Of a stretch of DNA of 64,000 bases, positions 26,973 through 40,141 are shown piece after piece (position 1 is the first letter of the stretch; each line of letters begins with the position of its first letter). This DNA is from Eledone cirrhosa. Lineage: Eukaryota. Under the pieces are notes generated by a model that had not been told where the DNA came from, made no database searches, and was given only the letters and a program-made list of their open reading frames with translations. The translations under genes were made by a program, and so were the position numbers. The stretch covers positions 31,558,001 through 31,622,000 of the forward strand of contig OZ024757.1 of NCBI GenBank assembly GCA_964016885.1. Direction: 5' to 3'.

Positions 26973-27681
26973 CCAGTTTAACTATAATCCATATGCTTCT
27001 TTTGAGAGCAAACGGAAATAAGAATTGTTTAGTGGATGGGCAGAATATCTCTGTGAAAGAGGGAGGAGGGGGGGGGGGGAGACAATGAAATGCAGAGTAT
27101 GATGGGAATAGAACCAGTGATGAATGGGATGGCTGAGTCATTTGAAAAGGGATGAAAGTAACAAGGTGAGGGAGAAGTGATGGAAATATATGTGGAAGGA
27201 AATAGGGGAAGAAGACAAAGTGGCAAAGCAAACCTTCCACCATAATTTTATGTAAGAACCTTCGCTATGTTACAAACACCACTTGAAAAAGGAAGTTAAG
27301 AAATGTAAGTAAATCCCTACAGAACCTTGATTATTTTCAAAATGGTGTGAAAATTATAAACAGCCCTTCATTAGACATATAGTAACGAAAGGGTTAATGT
27401 GGGTATATTTAGTTAAAGTTAAGTTTTACAACTAAAGCCCACCAAGTGAAAGATTACTTTCAAAACCGTTTGATAAATTTAAGCTGTGTCTTTCTTAAGA
27501 AATATGGTGTTACAAAAGTCTTACTAGTTTACCCGCCAAAGCTGGCCTGTTTTCTGGTAAATGTACACACCACCCGTCACTAACATGCCTCGTTGGTACA
27601 TGTTTCAATACACTAGCCTGGTTGGTGCATGTTTTAAACACTAATGCCCTACTTTTTGTTACTTCTGTGTGCTGTATTTTG

Positions 27682-27717
<36 letters not shown>

Positions 27718-27922
27718 CAGAATATCATCCGATCTGTTTTAACCTGCTTAGTTCTTTCGTTGTTTTGGTATTATATGGTTGGGTTTTGCCCACCGCAATT
27801 TTCAATTTCTCAAGCTTTTCAACGTATGTTATTACTTTATTGAGTGCTTTGTTACTCATTCCTTATTGTAGATCGACTTTGCTTAGCCACAGCCAAAGCT
27901 TCGATTTTACTAAGCTTCCACT

Positions 27923-27923
<1 letters not shown>

Positions 27924-27973
<50 letters not shown>

Positions 27974-28156
27974 ATATATATGTATGTATATATATATGTA
28001 TGTATATATATATGTATGTATATATATATGTATGTATATATATATGTATGTATATATGTATGTATGTATATATATGTATATATATATGTATGTATGTATA
28101 TATATGTATGTATGTATGTATATATATGTATATATACATATATGTATATATATATG

Positions 28157-28187
<31 letters not shown>

Positions 28188-28208
28188 ATATGTATGTATA
28201 TATATATG

Positions 28209-28239
<31 letters not shown>

Positions 28240-28248
28240 ATATGTATG

Positions 28249-28283
<35 letters not shown>

Positions 28284-28300
28284 ATATGTATGTATATATG

Positions 28301-28343
<43 letters not shown>

Positions 28344-28418
28344 ATATGTATGTATATATGTATGTATGTATATATGTATGTATATATGTATGTATATATA
28401 TATATGTATGTATGTATG

Positions 28419-28449
<31 letters not shown>

Positions 28450-28493
28450 ATGTATGTATGTATATATATATATATACATGTATGTATGTATGT

Positions 28494-28527
<34 letters not shown>

Positions 28528-28558
28528 ATGTATATATGTATGTATGTATATATGTATG

Positions 28559-28595
<37 letters not shown>

Positions 28596-28600
28596 ATATG

Positions 28601-28633
<33 letters not shown>

Positions 28634-28638
28634 ATATG

Positions 28639-28671
<33 letters not shown>

Positions 28672-28685
28672 ATATGTATGTATGT

Positions 28686-28716
<31 letters not shown>

Positions 28717-28724
28717 TATGTATG

Positions 28725-28761
<37 letters not shown>

Positions 28762-28774
28762 GTATATATGTATG

Positions 28775-28805
<31 letters not shown>

Positions 28806-28810
28806 GTATG

Positions 28811-28857
<47 letters not shown>

Positions 28858-28938
28858 ATATATATATATGTATGTATGTATGTATATATGTATGTATATA
28901 TATATATATATATATGTGTATGTATGTATATATGTATG

Positions 28939-28973
<35 letters not shown>

Positions 28974-29026
28974 ATATGTATGTATATATATATATATATA
29001 TATGTGTATGTATGTATATATGTATG

Positions 29027-29057
<31 letters not shown>

Positions 29058-29125
29058 ATATGTATGTATATATATATATATATATATGTGTATGTATGTA
29101 TATATGTATGTATATATATATATAT
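27924..29125. repeat. 1.2-kb (TA)n/(TATG)n microsatellite on the 5' flank of the RTE LINE
   Basis: Directly visible in the sequence. Confidence 0.95.
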
Positions 29126-32100
29126 GATGGATGGACTACGGAATTCTGGAGAGTTGAAGAGAGAAAAATGTGGACGCTCAGCGACAATGCCAAAGATAAA
29201 GCGAAATTCACCTCGTGGACGAGAATGCAAGCACTCCTCCTTGTTTCGGCCCAGGATGGCTAACATAACCCCATCCCCCCCCGCGCCCCACCGCTCCCAC
29301 CCTCCAAACGCAATCCAAAACTTCAGAGTTGGTACCATGAATGTAGGCACCTTAAAGGGTCGCTCGAACGAGGTTGTAGAAATGCTTGAACGTAAGGAGG
29401 TCGATGTTTGTTGTATTCAAGAGACCAGGTGGAGGGGAGGGTCGGCTAGATTCATCGTGGGTAAAGAGCGATGCTATAAGCTTTTCTGGGTGGGAAATGA
29501 CAATGGGTTGGGTGGGGTAGGAATCATGGTAGCAGAAAAGTGGGCAGATAAGATAATAGACGTAAATAGAGTGAACGACAGAATAATTAAAATAAGACTT
29601 GTCCTCAATAAAACTACGGTGACAGTAATATCTGCGTACGCACCCCAATCCGGACAGCCCCGCGCTATAAAAGACAGATTCTACGAGACACTGATGCTCG
29701 CTACCTCCCAAATAACCGACAGTGACTATATAGTTATTGCAGGCGACCTAAATGGTCACGTTGGACAACATTGTGACGGCTATGACGGAATCCATGGAGG
29801 CTATGGGTTCGGTACTAGAAATGAGGAAGGCTCCAGAATCCTGGAATTCTGCGACGCAAATAACTTAACTATCTGTAACACTAACTTCAAAAAACGAGAC
29901 AATCACTTGATCACCTATAGGTCGGGGGAACACACAAGCCAGGTAGATTATATCCTTACCAGAAGACGTGACAGAGTGTCTGTTGTTAACACTAAATCCC
30001 ACCCCCATGAAGAATTCACCTCCCAACATAGACTGATAATTAGCGACCTCATAGTCAGGACGAGACGTACTAGACAGCGAAAGAGGACTATCCTCAGGAG
30101 AAAAATATGGAAGCTAAAGGACCCCATAGCCAGAAATAAATTTCAAAGCAAATTACTTGACGCTTTCGACAGTAAGGAAGAGCAATTAGAGTCGTATAAT
30201 ATAGAGGAACAGTGGGAATTCCTGAGAGCAAACCTGCTGACGGCGGCAGACGAAGTCTGTGGCTGGAGCAGGCCTGTAGGTAGGAGGAGAGTAACATGGT
30301 GGTGGAACAGTAAGGTGGAGGAGTCAATTAAGGCCAAAAAGCAGGCTTGGAAAGTATGGCGGGATGGGGGAAGTAGAGAAGACTATCAAGTGGCCAGGAG
30401 GGAAGCTAGGAGACAAGTGTACTTCGCAAGAAGGGAAGCAGAGGAAAGAAAGTTCAAGCATGTTCTACAACGTGAGGACCAAAAACGTGAGGTGTTCAGG
30501 ATTGCCAGGCAATGTGTCAAGGAAAACCGTGATATTGTCGGGGAGAAGTGTGTACTTAACGATGATGGCATACTTGCCATCACCGACGCTGATAAGAAGG
30601 TAGCTTGGAAGTGTCACTACGAAAGGCTTCTAAATGAGGAGAACAAATGGGAGAAAGATAGTCTCCCCCAGATCGATCCAATAGAGGGACCAGCAGTGTT
30701 AGTTGAAGGTAGTATAATAAGTAAGGCAATCAAAGATATGAAGACGGGTAAGGCGGCTGGGCCTTCGGAAATAGTTGCTGAGATGCTGAAGGCATCTGGT
30801 TCGGTGGGACACACCATGGTCACCCGGATAGTTAACCAAGTCGTACAGAATGGGGTTGTTCCGAAGGAATGGCGTAGCAGCATCATCGTTAACTGCTATA
30901 AGGGAAAAGGAGATGCCCTAGATAGGAGTAACTATAGAGGCATTAAATTAATCGACCAGGTCATGAAGGTCACGGAAAAAGTAATAGCGCAACTAATCAG
31001 AGAGAGAATTGATCTAGATGAAATGCAGTTCGGGTTTGTGTCAGGCAAAAGTACCACAGACGCTCTTTTCATTGTACGACAACTACAGGAGAAGTACCTA
31101 GCTAAAAGTAAACCCCTATACTTAGCTTTTGTCGACTTGGAGAAAGCCTTCGACAGAGTCCCCCGTTCCATTATCTGGTGGTCTCTTAGAAAACTAGGTG
31201 TTGACGAATGGCTTGTGAGAGCTATACAAGCCATGTATAAAGAAACAGTCAGTAAGGTTAGAATTAACAACGAATATAGTGAAGAGTTTAGCGTAAAAGT
31301 TGGTGTCCATCAGGGCTCTGTACTTAGCCCCCTACTATTTATTATTGCCCTTCAGGCTATAACAGAGGAGTTCAAGACCGGCTGCCCATGGGAACTCCTA
31401 TACGCAGATGATCTAACGCTCATAGCTGAATCAATGACCGAACTAGAGAAGAAATTCCAAACGTGGAAGCACGGCCTAGAATCAAAAGGCCTTAAAATTA
31501 ACCTGGCTAAGACTAAAGTTCTAGTTTGTAGGAAAGAAAATAAGGCGGCGGTCCCATCGGGGAAATGGCCATGCTCAGTGTGTAGGAAAGGCGTAGGTAG
31601 AAACTCCATTTTATGTCCCAAATGCAAAGTATGGGTGCATAAAAGATGTAGTGGGATCACAGGTAAGCTAACTAAGAACATAGATTTTACATGTGGCCGG
31701 TGCTCTGGTGCAATAAGTAGCAGCAAGTGCCCACAAAATACTAGCTCCTTCAACTGCGCAGAGGGTTCTATAGAAATAGTGGATAGCTTCCGTTATCTGG
31801 GTGACAAAATCAGCAGTGGGGGAGGGTGCTCTGAAAGTACAGTAGCTAGAGTCAGAACTGGATGGAAAAAGTTCAGAGAGCTTATACCACTATTAGCCGC
31901 TAGAGGGTTCTCCCTAAAAATGAAAGGCAGGTTATACGATGCCTGCATACGAACAGCAATGCTGCATGGCAGTGAGACCTGGGCATTGTGTGCAGAGGAT
32001 ATACGCAGACTAGAGAGGAACGAAGCTTGCATGCTCCGCTGGATGTGCAATAGTAATATACGTGAACGGCAAAGCATAAACGAACTAAGGAAAAAATTAG

Positions 32101-32357
32101 AAATAAGAGGGATCAGATGTTGTTTACTCGAGAGAAGGCTACGTTGGTACGGTCACGTGATGCGCATGAAAGACGACAGCTGTATAACAAAGTGCAGGGC
32201 AATAAAGATAGACGGTAGCCACGGAGTAGGCAGACCCAGAAAAACATGGGACGAGCTGATAATTTCCGACCTCACACGCTTACACCTCTCCAAGACAATG
32301 TCACTGGACCGAGACCTTTGGCGGTACTCAGTAATAGAGAAGACCCGCCTTACCTAA
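29124..32357 (+). CDS. RTE-clade LINE ORF: APE endonuclease, reverse transcriptase and an inserted PHD finger (~1077 aa)
   Basis: EN motifs MNVGTL, CIQETRW, AYAPQ, GDLNGH, VDYIL. RT motifs [46 protein letters not shown]-terminus RRLRWYGHV and GRPRKTW. No stops. The true start codon is uncertain (29124, 29187 or 29256). Confidence 0.95.
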   Translation: MMDGLRNSGELKREKCGRSATMPKIKRNSPRGRECKHSSLFRPRMANITPSPPAPHRSHPPNAIQNFRVGTMNVGTLKGRSNEVVEMLERKEVDVCCIQETRWRGGSARFIVGKERCYKLFWVGNDNGLGGVGIMVAEKWADKIIDVNRVNDRIIKIRLVLNKTTVTVISAYAPQSGQPRAIKDRFYETLMLATSQITDSDYIVIAGDLNGHVGQHCDGYDGIHGGYGFGTRNEEGSRILEFCDANNLTICNTNFKKRDNHLITYRSGEHTSQVDYILTRRRDRVSVVNTKSHPHEEFTSQHRLIISDLIVRTRRTRQRKRTILRRKIWKLKDPIARNKFQSKLLDAFDSKEEQLESYNIEEQWEFLRANLLTAADEVCGWSRPVGRRRVTWWWNSKVEESIKAKKQAWKVWRDGGSREDYQVARREARRQVYFARREAEERKFKHVLQREDQKREVFRIARQCVKENRDIVGEKCVLNDDGILAITDADKKVAWKCHYERLLNEENKWEKDSLPQIDPIEGPAVLVEGSIISKAIKDMKTGKAAGPSEIVAEMLKASGSVGHTMVTRIVNQVVQNGVVPKEWRSSIIVNCYKGKGDALDRSNYRGIKLIDQVMKVTEKVIAQLIRERIDLDEMQFGFVSGKSTTDALFIVRQLQEKYLAKSKPLYLAFVDLEKAFDRVPRSIIWWSLRKLGVDEWLVRAIQAMYKETVSKVRINNEYSEEFSVKVGVHQGSVLSPLLFIIALQAITEEFKTGCPWELLYADDLTLIAESMTELEKKFQTWKHGLESKGLKINLAKTKVLVCRKENKAAVPSGKWPCSVCRKGVGRNSILCPKCKVWVHKRCSGITGKLTKNIDFTCGRCSGAISSSKCPQNTSSFNCAEGSIEIVDSFRYLGDKISSGGGCSESTVARVRTGWKKFRELIPLLAARGFSLKMKGRLYDACIRTAMLHGSETWALCAEDIRRLERNEACMLRWMCNSNIRERQSINELRKKLEIRGIRCCLLERRLRWYGHVMRMKDDSCITKCRAIKIDGSHGVGRPRKTWDELIISDLTRLHLSKTMSLDRDLWRYSVIEKTRLT

Positions 32358-32866
32358 ATACAAAGTAAAAACCTACTACAGTCAGTAGGCACCTCTATCA
32401 AAACACACCCCCGTCCCACCACCTCCACCTCCACCCCACCCACACCGCCCCTTTCAATGTAAAGTTATGTTGGCCCCACAACATCCAGGCCGAAACAAAT
32501 GAGATCGTGTAGGTGTCACGACAAAAAACACACAGTCCACGCTGTAAATGTGGCCGTGTAGGCAACACGGTAAAAACCTCCCGGCCCCACACTGTAAATG
32601 TGGTTGGTGTTAGGAAGGGCATCCAGCTGTAGAAAACCCGCCAGACAGTCCACGCTGTAATGTGGCCGTGTAGGCAACACGGTAAAAACCTCCCAGCCCC
32701 ACACTGTAAATGTGGTTGGTGTTAGGAAGGGCATCCAACTGTAGAAAACCCGCCAGACAGTCCTATGCGAGCAAGACAACCACTCTTGCCTCAAGTGGGA
32801 AAACCCCCGTCCAAACCCATGCAAGCGTGGAACACGGACGCTAAACCTGATGATGATGATGATGAT
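32358..32866 (+). mobile_element. RTE LINE 3' UTR with an internal tandem duplication and (TGA)n tail
   Basis: A ~115-bp block is duplicated within about 32532-32763. The element ends 'aaacc(tga)6'. Confidence 0.85.
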
Positions 32867-32889
32867 ATGTATGTATGTATATATGTATG

Positions 32890-32924
<35 letters not shown>

Positions 32925-32933
32925 ATATGTATG

Positions 32934-32964
<31 letters not shown>

Positions 32965-32973
32965 ATATGTATG

Positions 32974-33010
<37 letters not shown>

Positions 33011-33059
33011 ATATGTATGTATGTATGTATATATGTATGTATGTATATATGTATGTATG

Positions 33060-33093
<34 letters not shown>

Positions 33094-33159
33094 TGTATGT
33101 ATGTATGTATATATGTATGTATATATGTATGTATGTATATATGTATGTATGTATGTATG

Positions 33160-33193
<34 letters not shown>

Positions 33194-33539
33194 TGTATGT
33201 ATGTATGTATGTATGTATGTATGTATGTATGTATGTATGTATGTATGTATGTATGTATGTATGTATGTATGTATGTATGTATGTATGTATGTATGTATGT
33301 ATGTATGTATGTATGTATGTATGTATGTATGTATGTATGTATATATGTATGTATGTATATATGTATGTATGTATATATGTATGTATGTATATATGTATGT
33401 ATGTATATATGTATGTATGTATGTATGTATATATGTATGTATGTATGTATATATGTATATATGTATGTATGTATATATGTATATATGTATGTATGTATAT
33501 ATGTATATATATATGTATATATATATGTATATATATATG

Positions 33540-33574
<35 letters not shown>

Positions 33575-33737
33575 GTATATATGTATATATGTATGTATGT
33601 ATATGTATATATATATGTATGTATGTATGTATATATATATATATATGTATGTATGTATATATATGTATGTATGTATATATATATGTGTATGTATATGTAT
33701 GTATATATGTGTATGTATGTGTATGTATATATATATA
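32867..33737. repeat. (TATG)n/(TA)n microsatellite on the 3' flank of the LINE
   Basis: Directly visible in the sequence. Confidence 0.95.
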
Positions 33738-33739
33738 AT

Positions 33740-34342
33740 GGTCAGGTCACCAGTTGGTGCTACTGGTAACATGTATCCCAGTACAACCTGTCTCATGGTC
33801 GGGTCGTTGGCGACTAAACTGGCAACCCCACCAAGGTTTCTTGGTGAGGAGGGTGACTTTGGACATCCTGCAGGACTAAAAACAAAACCTGTCAAAGCAG
33901 CTCTTAAGAGTCAATGGCTATCCAAAATCACCGGGAGAGATGACCCCTTAGCCTTTGTCAAGGCAGAATTCTAGGAGAAGGAAAACTCTGATATAACACC
34001 CGCAACCCTGATGGTATCCAATGATGTTGACTTGTTCTTCTTTTTGGTAAATATCATCTTGGTTAAGAGAGTGGGACTGGCTTTGTGCAGTGCCTTTGCT
34101 CACTATAAAAGCTTCACGGCACAGGCATTGCTTTATATCTGGAGATCTCTCTGCACTTGTCGTCACATGGTACCATGGGCCCAGCACTATGTGTCAGTAA
34201 TTGTCACAAGTGTAGTGTTTGTACCAGAGTTTTCAAGTCGCTGGCTGGACTAAAAAGTCACACTTGTTCAGCGCATTGGTAGGGGTTCTCCTACATGGAT
34301 ATAAAGTAGTGGCCGTACTCGAAAACGAGTTGGCAGCCACCA
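33740..34342 (+). mobile_element. ~600-bp non-autonomous element (copy 2)
   Basis: Co-terminal, highly similar copy of 16698-17299. Confidence 0.7.
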
Positions 34343-34399
34343 TATGTGTATGTATGTATATATGTATGTATGTATGTATGTATATATATATATATATAT

Positions 34400-34557
34400 C
34401 GGGGGCAACCACAGTAAATAAGGTACTCAATACAAAGCAGAGTGTAAATATTTAATATAGAAAAGGCTTCTACAGGACTAGGACTGTTTCATTCGGGAGA
34501 AATATTTAATATAGAAAAGGCTTCTACAGGACTAGGACTGTTTCATTCGGGAGAAAT
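34400..34557 (-). mobile_element. Family A fragment with a tandem duplication of the hammerhead 3' half
   Basis: 'aaatatttaatatagaaaaggcttctacaggactaggactgtttcattcgggag' occurs twice; both copies stop within stem II. Confidence 0.7.
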
Positions 34558-34866
34558 ATATATAGTAGACAGTCGGGGTCCCTACTAATATATTTACTTT
34601 ATCCCAAGTATCAAATACTCTTAGTTTAAAACTGGTATAATCCTGATCTCTCTCTCTCTCTCTCTCCCATCCCTTGGGGGAGACCATAAATCTGGGTAGT
34701 ACACTATGCGTGGGATGAAGCAGTGTGAGCGCACGCACGCACAGTGAAGTAGTAGAGGTATTTGAAACGCTACAATGGCGAATGTCGTCTTATTGTTTTG
34801 GACAGTTTAACAAACCCCGGTCAGTGTGTCAAGCCGGCGTCATTGGGATTGAGGAGAGGGAGAGAC

Positions 34867-34899
<33 letters not shown>

Positions 34900-35426
34900 C
34901 AGTTAGAGAGTGAGGGAGAGAGACATATACACAGAGTGAGGGAGAGAGACATATACACAGAGTGAGGGAGAGGGGGAGAGAGAGACATATACAGACAGCG
35001 AGAGGGGGAAAGACATACATATACAGAGTTAGAGTGAGGGAGAGAGACATACATATACAGACAGTTAGAGAGTGAGGGAGAGAGACATATACACAGTTAG
35101 AGAGGGGAGAGGGGGGGTTATACTTGAACATTCCTTAAATGTAAATGAGCGACAGTGTATGCTTGGGGAGCTATCACACATATATAGACACGCACACATA
35201 TATGTATACACACATACACACACAAAATGTATTCATACATACATACACACACATATATGTATTCATATACACACACACACACACACATATATGTATTCAT
35301 ATATACACACACACACACACACACACATATATGTATTTACACATACATACACACACACAAATGTATTCACACATACACACATATGTATTCACACATACAC
35401 ACACAGATACGTATGTATTCATACAC

Positions 35427-35462
<36 letters not shown>

Positions 35463-36013
35463 GCACACATATATTCTGACGTACAAACATATATATGCAT
35501 ACATAATACATATGCAGAGACACACTCATATACATATATACACACGCACACACTCAGCAAGGTCTCTAGGTGTTTTCGTAGAAGACTGAAGCGGTCACCA
35601 AGTATAAAACAGTAATTTACAATATATATAGAGAGACACAAGTTGAACATTGGGGGTGGGGGCATGGTAGGGGGGTGGTAGGAGGAACGTACACATACAC
35701 ACACACACATATATATATGAGAGAGAAAGAGAGATTGGGAGATACTAGTTTAGACTAGTAAGCCCATTGTTCATTTAAGTACTCGATACATTTGCGGTCG
35801 AAACGGCTGAAGCTCAACCGATGAACACTAACTTGTATTTCTCGGCGCCGAAGGCGCTCGGCTCCGTCCTCGTGGACGGACCCTAATTTTGAAAAATTAA
35901 ATAAATAAATAAATAAACGACCTTCAGCTTCCAGGACGCATGGTAGATTTTTGAGACTTATTTCGACGCCGGGAAATGCGGTATGTGTGTGTGTATATAT
36001 TATATATATATAT

Positions 36014-36203
36014 AACGAAGGAGTTGTGTAAGGAACCAGATGGACCATAGCGCACCAGAGTACTCAATACTTAGAGTAGTAGAGTGGGTAATAGGAAAAT
36101 GTTTAACCCCGACGGCAGAGCTCAAGCCGTTTCGACGGCTATTTCAGTCCAGAAATAGCCGTCGAAACGGCTTGAGCTCTGCTGTCGGGGTTAAACATTT
36201 TCC
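36014..36203. mobile_element. Family C element with a terminal palindrome
   Basis: Arms 36094-36145 and 36152-36203 around the loop 'agtcca'. Confidence 0.8.
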
Positions 36204-36703
36204 TATATATATATAATTATTATTAATATTATTATTGTAATGTACTGGATAATTGCTGGCCTTGTACCAAAAGTAGAAACAATTAATATTATTATTATAT
36301 GGGTTCTTTGCCTGTAGTCACTAAGAAATAAAACTGATTTTAAAAAAAATATTTTGGGAGTGTCATGTTGCCAATAAAAACACAAGCACTAGTTTAGTTT
36401 CACTTTAGTTTTATTATTTGGACAGGTAACTAATTCATTCCTCGGTTAGTTTAGTAACCGGATGGTCAATTTAATTGTCAAAGCTATATTTCGTCATACA
36501 TGCTGTGGCCTTCACAGTAACTATTCTTGCTCCTCTGTATCTCTCCGCTTTGTTTTGATCTTGTACTATTTATTTATTGCTCCAGCTTGTCCTTCTGCCC
36601 ACACGAAGAATTTTGCGAAACAAATACAAACACGAAATATTCGGATTTAATTTCATTCAGCATTCAGGTCTCTCTCTCTCTCTCTCTCTCTCTTCGCGGG
36701 TAA

Positions 36704-36730
36704 GGGGCGGAGCCATAAGTTGATTGACAG
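36704..36730. promoter_or_regulatory. Candidate promoter: GC box plus PBX/PREP(MEIS) decamer
   Basis: GGGGCGGAGC at 36704-36713 and TGATTGACAG at 36721-36730, in unique sequence. Confidence 0.4.
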
Positions 36731-37335
36731 GTGAGGAAGTAGAGGATAAAGTTCTCATGAAACCAAAGATCTAATGCAATAAATAAAAAAAAATAGATCA
36801 AATTCAAAGAAATGAAATGGAATTGGGAACAGTCACTGGGTCATTGAAAACAATTCAAATCCAGCTGAGGTTAAGCTTTACCTTTCAGCCTTACGGGGTC
36901 GATAAAACAAAGCACCAGTAATGCCCTGGGGTCGTTTAATCGACCCTGTCGTCCTCTTCAAATTACTGACCTTGTGTCTAAAGTAGAAACAATTATTTTG
37001 CTCTGTCTCTGTGTTGTTTCATATGCTTCCTTCCGACGGTCTGTTTAAACTGTCGTGCAACCTGGACTAAAGATTATGCAATCCACCCCTTTTATGCACG
37101 AAATTGCATTGTTAGCGTGTGGCTGACAAGGAAGTTAAATGATTTTGTTCGTTCGTCCCACGTGTTTTCAAATATATATATATATATACATAATGTAGGA
37201 GCTCAGTCATCGGGGTCCCAAGCCCTTCACATTACCCACTCTATTACCCCAAGTATCGAATGCTCTGGTGAGTAATGGACTAACTGGTTTTTACTGCATC
37301 CATTCTGATATATATATATATATATAATATATAAT

Positions 37336-37367
<32 letters not shown>

Positions 37368-37674
37368 ATTATATATGATATATATATATTATATATGAAA
37401 AAGAACACAAGAGCGTCTACAACATCAAAAGGTTTTTATTGGCTAACAATGTTTCTTCCTTAGTATTTATATATTATATATATAACCTAAGTATTTATAT
37501 ATTATATATATATATATTATATATATATATATAATACATATACACCTATATATAGAGAGAGAAAGAGAGACATATATATATGTAACAAAAACAAGAATTT
37601 ATCCTGTGACTAAGCTACAGTGAAGACATTAAACGACATATAATACTTAGAAAGATAGCTAGATAGATATGCAA

Positions 37675-37827
37675 GGGGGGTGACGGTAAGAGGCTGGGTG
37701 GGTAGTGGGGGTGACGGTAAGAGGGTGGGGGGTAGTGGGGGTGACGGTAAGAGGGTGGGGGTAGTGGGGGGTGACGGTAATAGGGTGGGTGGGTAGTGGG
37801 GGGTGACGGTAAGAGGGTGGGGGGTAA
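37675..37827. repeat. G-rich ~30-bp minisatellite with G-quadruplex potential
   Basis: 'gggggtgacggtaagagggtggggggtagt' about 5 times. Confidence 0.85.
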
Positions 37828-37941
37828 GATGATGATGATGATAGTACGTGAGTGCTGGAAGTACATTTAATCCACCCGGAGGTTAAAATAAACATGACGG
37901 CAATAGTTTGATCGTCTGCTAACTTTATCAAAGATAAGTAC

Positions 37942-37986
<45 letters not shown>

Positions 37987-38060
37987 TGTCTAAGAGTACT
38001 GGCGTTCTGTTGCTCTTACTGGCGTTCGCACACACACACACACACACGCACACGCACACG

Positions 38061-38104
<44 letters not shown>

Positions 38105-38276
38105 TGAATGGATACACACACACATACGTATGAATGGATACACACACACACACACACGTATAAATGGATACACACACACACACACACACATGTATGAATG
38201 GATACACACACATACGTATGAATGGATACACACACACACACACACATGTATGAATGGATACACACACACACACACA

Positions 38277-38357
38277 CAGGGTGTCCCAAAAATGTATACA
38301 CACTTCAATCAAATAGCATTCTAATCAAAGTGTATATACATTTTGGGGTACACCCTG
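38277..38357. mobile_element. Tc1/mariner-type mini-MITE (81 bp)
   Basis: Imperfect TIRs 'cagggtgtcccaaaaatgtatacacactt' and 'aagtgtatatacattttggggtacaccctg', with TA at the right end. Confidence 0.75.
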
Positions 38358-38380
38358 TATATATATATATATATATATAA

Positions 38381-38572
38381 TTATTTAATACAGAAATAGC
38401 TTCTACAGAACTAGAAATGTTTCATCTCTATGAAATCATCAGAAATCCTGATGATTTCATACAAAAGAAACAGTTCTAGTCCTGTAGAACCCATTTCTAT
38501 ATTAAATAATGTTTACTATACTGTATTGAGTACCATTTTTAACCGTGGTTGCCCCCAATTTAACTTGGGACC
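38381..38572 (+). mobile_element. Family A element with a diverged double-hammerhead palindrome
   Basis: CTGATGA at 38448 on + and a mirror core on -; tail 'gtattgagtacc..gtggttgccccc'. Confidence 0.7.
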
Positions 38573-39023
38573 AATAAATAAATAAATATATATATATTGT
38601 TTCTTCTTTTGGCACAAGGCCAGCAATTATCCAGTACATTACTGGTACTTTATTTTATATAATGTGTGTGTGTTGGGTAATACAATCCGTAGATAAAGGC
38701 CAAGGAAAACAATGCTCAATCTATTAAGAAAGAGGTTATTTAGTATAAATAAATGTAGTATTGTAACGGGCCCTTCACTATAGAGTAGTGGCCATAGCTG
38801 GACTCCGAAAGCTAAGGTTAAGTGTATGAAATTTTAATCACACTATATATATGTATAACCCTTCTATCTGTGTATATATATATATATAGAGATAGATAGG
38901 TCTGTCTATATATATATATAGGGTGTCCATAAAGTCTCTTTACAGTTTGAAAAATATATATTTTATAATCCTACTTGGACGTAAAATGGTGATGACACAC
39001 ACACATATATATATATATATGTA

Positions 39024-39059
<36 letters not shown>

Positions 39060-39336
39060 ACATTTTGAAGATAATGAGGTAACAAACTGGGATCGCCATG
39101 CTCGCCGTTGGACCTTTACTTCATCAATATACTCATTCATATTAGTATCTCATCAAGCATCGAATACTACCTACTCTTACAGACATTATATATATATATA
39201 TATACATAGAGTTACGGCCCTTGCCATTCTGAGTTCAAATCCCACTGAGGTTAACTTTGCCTTACGGGGTCGATAAAATAAAGTACCAGTAATGTACTGA
39301 GTAATTGCTGGCCTTGTGCCAAAAAGTAGAAACAAT

Positions 39337-39389
<53 letters not shown>

Positions 39390-39469
39390 CAAAGGGCTAT
39401 ATATATATATAATTAGACATAGTCACAGATACATGTATAGGTTCGGCTACCTTTCACGGTGTGGCTTAA

Positions 39470-39510
<41 letters not shown>

Positions 39511-40114
39511 AGTTAGAGCTATTTAATTGTAAGAGACTACTGTGAGTTTCTAAGAAAAAAGCTTTTCCGGGCCGTACAATATAATTGAATAAACAAGAGA
39601 AATCAGTTCCTGTATGAGCAAGGCATGGTCAGCAGACCAGACACTGCCCACAACAGGACAACCCGTCTAACCCATGCTAGCGTGGAAGAACGGATGAAGA
39701 GAGATGAACACTGATATAAACATACAAAAAGCGTTTTGCCCAATATAGGTCTGTTATTTTTCTTAATTTAATATTTAAAGTTAAGGATAACAAACCATAT
39801 TGCTGTAGTTAGTATTTTTTCACCCTAGCAAATTTGGTCTTTACGATTCGGACACATGTATGTTTATATTAGTGTTCATCTCTCTTGTTTATTCATTTAT
39901 ACATATATATGTATATGTATGTGTGTGTATATACACACACACACACACGTACAAAGTGTAAAACGGTGTCTTTGTGTGTCGTCCAATCCACAGACAAGAG
40001 AGGGTGTTTGTTAAACCCAGCCAAACCCAACCCAACCCAACCCAATATCGAGATGCTGAAATTATGAATGGAGTCTCTATATCTCTCTCTCTCTTACTTT
40101 CTTTGTAATATTAG

Positions 40115-40141
40115 CTTTCTCACTCCAGTTATCGTGTCTCG
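40115..40141 (+). CDS. Candidate 27-nt microexon (LSHSSYRVS); alternative 13-nt form from the acceptor at 40128
   Basis: Pyrimidine tract with tag| (or ctccag|) and a strong cg|gtaaga donor. Confidence 0.3.

Noticed and set aside
27669-29123. N-terminal 485 aa of the 1562-aa ORF
   Set aside because: Stop-free read-through of a TA/TATG microsatellite into the LINE ORF, not a real fusion protein.
37190-37245. Twister-like 'GGTCCCAAGCCC' motif
   Set aside because: Present in only one family C copy, and there is no downstream GAGGG pseudoknot partner.
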